A program made the translations under genes and the position numbers. Under the pieces are notes generated by a model. That model was not told the origin of the DNA, searched no databases, and was given only the letters and a program-made list of their open reading frames with translations. A stretch of 64,000 nucleotides of DNA from an uncultured Bdellovibrionales bacterium. GTDB lineage: Bacteria > Bdellovibrionota_C > UBA2361 > SZUA-149. Every line of letters begins with the position of its first letter. The stretch's first letter is position 1. The stretch lies in contig CBDUGV010000002.1 in assembly GCA_965366815.1 (NCBI GenBank), positions 758-64,757 on the forward strand, given 5' to 3'. Below, piece after piece: positions 60,831 to 64,000 of this stretch.

Positions 60831-62276
60831 ATGCTAGTTTGGATAACATTTGCACTATTAGCTCTCTATCTTGTGATTCTCAAGTGGATTAGCCTGCGCA
60901 GTCATTCACGCTCGCGACCAACAGTCGAAGATTTCTTTTTAGTCGGCCGCAGTTTGCAGGGACCACTACTCTGGGCCACCATTCTTGCAACTGTTGTCAA
61001 CAGCTTGGCGTTCACTGCTGTACCGGGCCTTGTCTACACTGGAGGAGTCCTCTTTGCGCAAATGTGGGTGATAGTCCTGGTGCTCCCAATTCTCATTCGA
61101 TTTTTTGGACCGCTGATCTCTCGAGTCGGGTACCGTAAGAAAGCGATAACGCAGGCTGAGGTATACGGAAGGATGTACGATTCGCGCAGTCTCGCACTCG
61201 TCTGTGCAATTATCGGAATACTTTCTATATTTCCCTTTCTCACCATTCAGCTCTCGGCAATTGCCAAGGTTGCGGTCATCGCCAGCAAGGGGTTCATATC
61301 CTATGAAGTCGCGATAGCTGTATTTGCGCTTTCTACTGCGTTCTATCTGTTCTTTGGCGGTGCTCGAGCAGTTGTGTGGACTGATGTGCTACAAGGATTG
61401 TGTTTCTTCCTGCTGTTAGCTGCGGGGGCTTCTCTGTGCATGTATTGGGTTGGGGGGTTTGGCACTGCTTTTTCGGTCATTTCAGAAGCGCGACCAGAGC
61501 TGTTCGCTTTCTCAACCAAGAGCCGCTTACTTTTTTTGAACAATATCTTGTCCTGGCCCTTTGCCTTCTTCCTCTGGCCGCAGCTCTTTCAACGAATGCT
61601 GATGGCCAAAGACGAGGAAGCGATTCGGCGATCAAGTCTGGCAACCTTCTTACTGTTTGCTGTTGTCATGTTCTGCATTATGACTGTTGGAATCATGGCA
61701 ACGGCAACGTTTCTCAGTGGTGAAGTCGCAGCCGATACCTTGTTGGCAAGTATGTTTGCAAAGCACCTACCACTTGCTGGCACCTTCTTAGTCTTGGCAG
61801 TAGTTGCCAGTGGTATGAGCACCCTCGATAGCGGATTGCTTGCAGTGAGCAGTACTATTCAGCGAGATTTCGGGATTGATTGGTTTCGCCACCGTCCGCT
61901 TGCTGCGGCTAAGCTGATTTCTCTAGGGGCAATCAGTCTACTGGCGATCTTAGCTTGTAGTGAGTTCGGTCGAGGCGCCATCGCGCCTTTGGTGACACTT
62001 GGAGCTAGTTTCGCGACCCTTCTGCTCTGGCCTTTGTTGGGAATTCGGCTTGGATGGGCGGCAGATGCGGAGAGTGCGATAGTCGCCATTGTATTGGGTG
62101 CAATTGCGATTCTCGTAAGCGTATTTACTGCCTGGGGACAACAGTATCTGCCTGGACCGGGTGTCTCTGGTTTCTTTAGCGCGGGATTCGTATATCTCAG
62201 TTTAATGAGTGTTCGGCGCGTTTCATCCTCGCTGCTGCCCTTTGCATCGACAGGTAATCTGTGGAATGTGAGATAA
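60831..62276 (+). CDS. Sodium:solute symporter (SSS) family transporter
   Basis: 13-14 TM helices. N-terminal FFLVGRSLQGPLLWATILAT pattern typical of SSS carriers. Confidence 0.65.
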   Translation: MLVWITFALLALYLVILKWISLRSHSRSRPTVEDFFLVGRSLQGPLLWATILATVVNSLAFTAVPGLVYTGGVLFAQMWVIVLVLPILIRFFGPLISRVGYRKKAITQAEVYGRMYDSRSLALVCAIIGILSIFPFLTIQLSAIAKVAVIASKGFISYEVAIAVFALSTAFYLFFGGARAVVWTDVLQGLCFFLLLAAGASLCMYWVGGFGTAFSVISEARPELFAFSTKSRLLFLNNILSWPFAFFLWPQLFQRMLMAKDEEAIRRSSLATFLLFAVVMFCIMTVGIMATATFLSGEVAADTLLASMFAKHLPLAGTFLVLAVVASGMSTLDSGLLAVSSTIQRDFGIDWFRHRPLAAAKLISLGAISLLAILACSEFGRGAIAPLVTLGASFATLLLWPLLGIRLGWAADAESAIVAIVLGAIAILVSVFTAWGQQYLPGPGVSGFFSAGFVYLSLMSVRRVSSSLLPFASTGNLWNVR

Positions 62277-62438
62277 GTCACAGGATATCGCTTACCACCC
62301 GTACATCTGCCTCGTAATCTTTTCCGTTTCGGATCGACAAACACCTATACAAGGCAGTTCTTTCTTCGGCGAACTCTCGCCGCTCATGCAGTGTAGAAGA
62401 TCATACCCTATCACAACGTTGAGTCCATTGGGGTCGAG

Positions 62439-62855
62439 TTGGTTTGGTCCCTTTTCCAATGTTCCTTTTTGGGAGGTACTTCTGTGGTGAGTCGCATACG
62501 CCTATTTCACGAAGACGAAAGAGGGGAAATGCAAGAGCAACAGGCGACTATCGTCGCGCTCGGCATTCTTTTTTGCTCAGTTATGTTGTTCGGCGGTCAG
62601 ATATCTGCCGGAATCGCATGGTTGAATGCAAATGGTGCAGTCATCTTTCACGTCGTCGTTTCGCTCGTGATCTTGTTCGGTGGAAGCTACTTTGCCGGGA
62701 AAACGAGTCGAAGCTTCGATCAAGCTTGGAGCTTGTCGAACGTTTTTCTGGTCCTCGCGCTGATGTATCTTGCAGCCACAGTCGGCCTGCCGATGCTGCG
62801 AGATGCAATCCAGTCCGAAACGGACAAATTCTTCAATCAATTTGGGAGGCACTAG
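62439..62855 (+). CDS. Small 3-TM membrane protein (start uncertain)
   Basis: ORF with three hydrophobic helices downstream of the symporter. Confidence 0.3.
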   Translation: MVWSLFQCSFLGGTSVVSRIRLFHEDERGEMQEQQATIVALGILFCSVMLFGGQISAGIAWLNANGAVIFHVVVSLVILFGGSYFAGKTSRSFDQAWSLSNVFLVLALMYLAATVGLPMLRDAIQSETDKFFNQFGRH

Positions 62856-63053
62856 AATTTTCGAGGAAATTGCTACACTCTCTTTTGGCCGGATCGCCCG
62901 GATGGCCCGCTCAGAGGTTCTTGTCGAGGTTTTCGACTTGCCCCTGATGGTCTCAGCTGTTGTGAGTGATGAGCATTTCCGAATCATTTGACATTGTTTC
63001 GGCAGCCCATTACGAATCTGTGGTGTGTAGGTGCTAAGCCAAAGGAGACCGCC

Positions 63054-63365
63054 ATGCAATTTCTTGTGTTCGGATACGACGGAGCAGATAAAGAAGCTGC
63101 CGCTCGCCGACAAGCGGTTCGGCAGGCTCACATTGAGTATGGTGATACGCTTCGCAACGACGGCAAGATGTTGTACGGAGTGGCCTTGCTCGATGATGAT
63201 GATCAGATGGCAGGTTCTGTAGTCGTATACGACGTCGAGTCCCGTGAAGAGCTTGATTCGATACTTGCCGATGAGCCGTATGTGACCGGTGAGGTATGGA
63301 TGCGAACAGAGATCATTCCTTGTCGGGTCGGTCCGAGTTTTGCCAACATGAAGTTGATTGATTAA
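63054..63365 (+). CDS. YciI-like (dimeric alpha/beta barrel) protein
   Basis: MQFLVFGYDGADKEAAARRQAVRQAHIEY...LYGVALLDDD typical YciI pattern. AAGGAGACC Shine-Dalgarno sequence before ATG 63054. Confidence 0.55.
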   Translation: MQFLVFGYDGADKEAAARRQAVRQAHIEYGDTLRNDGKMLYGVALLDDDDQMAGSVVVYDVESREELDSILADEPYVTGEVWMRTEIIPCRVGPSFANMKLID

Positions 63366-63380
63366 ATTGGTGCTATACTT

Positions 63381-63977
63381 TTGAAGCTGGGATTTTTCGC
63401 ATCACATCGCGGTAGTAATATGCAGGCAGTCATTGATGCCTGTAGTTCTGGAACCATTGCGGCGACTCCCGTCGTTGTCATCAGCAACAACAAAGGCTCT
63501 GGAGCTTTGGAGCGTGCGCAACTTGAAGGCATTGCTGGCTATCATCTCAATAGTAAGACGCACAGCGATCCAGAATTGCTCGATCGGGAAATTCTCGCGA
63601 CCTTGAGAAAACATCAGGTGGAGTTAATCGTCCTTGCTGGTTATATGAGAAAAGTCGGGAATACCACTTTAGAGGCGTATCGAAATCGGATCGTGAATAT
63701 CCACCCGGCGCTTTTGCCAAGGCATGGTGGGCAAGGGATGTATGGAATGCGGGTGCACGAAGCTGTGCTCGCCGCTGGTGAGAAAGAAACTGGTGTAACA
63801 GTACATTTGGCAAGCGACGAGTATGACGAGGGTCCGATCTTGGCGCAAAGCAAGGTACCTGTAGCGGCGGGAGATACTCCTGAGACCCTGGCTGCCCGTG
63901 TCCTGGAAGAAGAGCATCGCTTGTTGGTAGCAACGATAGCCGGGATCTGCTCCGGCGAAATTTCTCTACCGGAATAA
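63381..63977 (+). CDS. purN: Phosphoribosylglycinamide formyltransferase
   Basis: LGFFASHRGSNMQAVIDA, NIHPALLP, formyl-transferase catalytic HEAV region. 198 aa. Confidence 0.85.
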   Translation: MKLGFFASHRGSNMQAVIDACSSGTIAATPVVVISNNKGSGALERAQLEGIAGYHLNSKTHSDPELLDREILATLRKHQVELIVLAGYMRKVGNTTLEAYRNRIVNIHPALLPRHGGQGMYGMRVHEAVLAAGEKETGVTVHLASDEYDEGPILAQSKVPVAAGDTPETLAARVLEEEHRLLVATIAGICSGEISLPE

Positions 63978-64000
63978 ACTACTGCTATCTAGCTATTGTG

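Noticed and set aside
41788-62276. The idea that the glycosylation locus is a recently acquired genomic island.
   Set aside because: It has no flanking tRNA, integrase, direct repeats or visible compositional break. It is treated as a chromosomal accessory locus of unknown age.

Overview
This window is a bacterial chromosomal segment, probably Gram-negative because it encodes an OprO/P-type porin, and it spans the replication origin region. All calls below are from reading the sequence and ORF translations, with no database search. No rRNA, tRNA, CRISPR array or transposase/integrase was seen.

- 1-10.7 kb (- strand): a complete phosphate (Pho) supercluster. Its transcription order is a PAS/4-Cys sensor, phoB, phoR, an OprO/P-like porin, pstS-pstC-pstA-pstB and phoU. 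An SGNH (GDSL-type) hydrolase is encoded on the other strand at the low end.
- 10.9-16.2 kb: an island of about six uncharacterised secreted, membrane or small proteins.
- 16.2-17.1 kb: an unexplained 948-bp non-coding gap.
- 17.1-29.0 kb: a membrane-anchored Hanks-type Ser/Thr kinase (+), then gpsA, gyrA, gyrB, recF, dnaN and dnaA on the - strand. A candidate oriC with DnaA boxes lies in the dnaA-dnaN spacer at 26923-27448.
- 29.3-41.8 kb: a split atpI-like/atpB/atpE module, a DUF62 SAM hydroxide adenosyltransferase-family protein, an Ntn-type asparaginase, trxB, a stand-alone biotin carboxylase tightly followed by an aminotransferase, an RluA-family pseudouridine synthase, a cysteine desulfurase and an inositol-monophosphatase-family protein.
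- 41.8-62.3 kb: the most interesting part, a dense envelope-glycosylation locus.
  - It carries a CDP-sugar operon: rfbF, a CDP-glucose 4,6-dehydratase, a TylC3-like sugar C-methyltransferase, an RmlC-like 3,5-epimerase and an SDR reductase.
  - It carries three GT2 enzymes, two of them GtrB/DPM1-like polyprenyl-phosphate sugar synthases, and an UPF0104 flippase-like protein.
  - It carries five polytopic GT-C-like membrane proteins, including three tandem DUF2029/GT87-like paralogs.
  - It also carries an extra Zn-ribbon methyltransferase, an RmlD-like reductase, a TrmB-family regulator and an SSS-family symporter.
  - Together these look like a lipid-linked, periplasm-facing glycosylation system built around a C-methyl-branched 6-deoxyhexose.
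- 62.4-64.0 kb: a small membrane protein, a YciI-like protein and purN.
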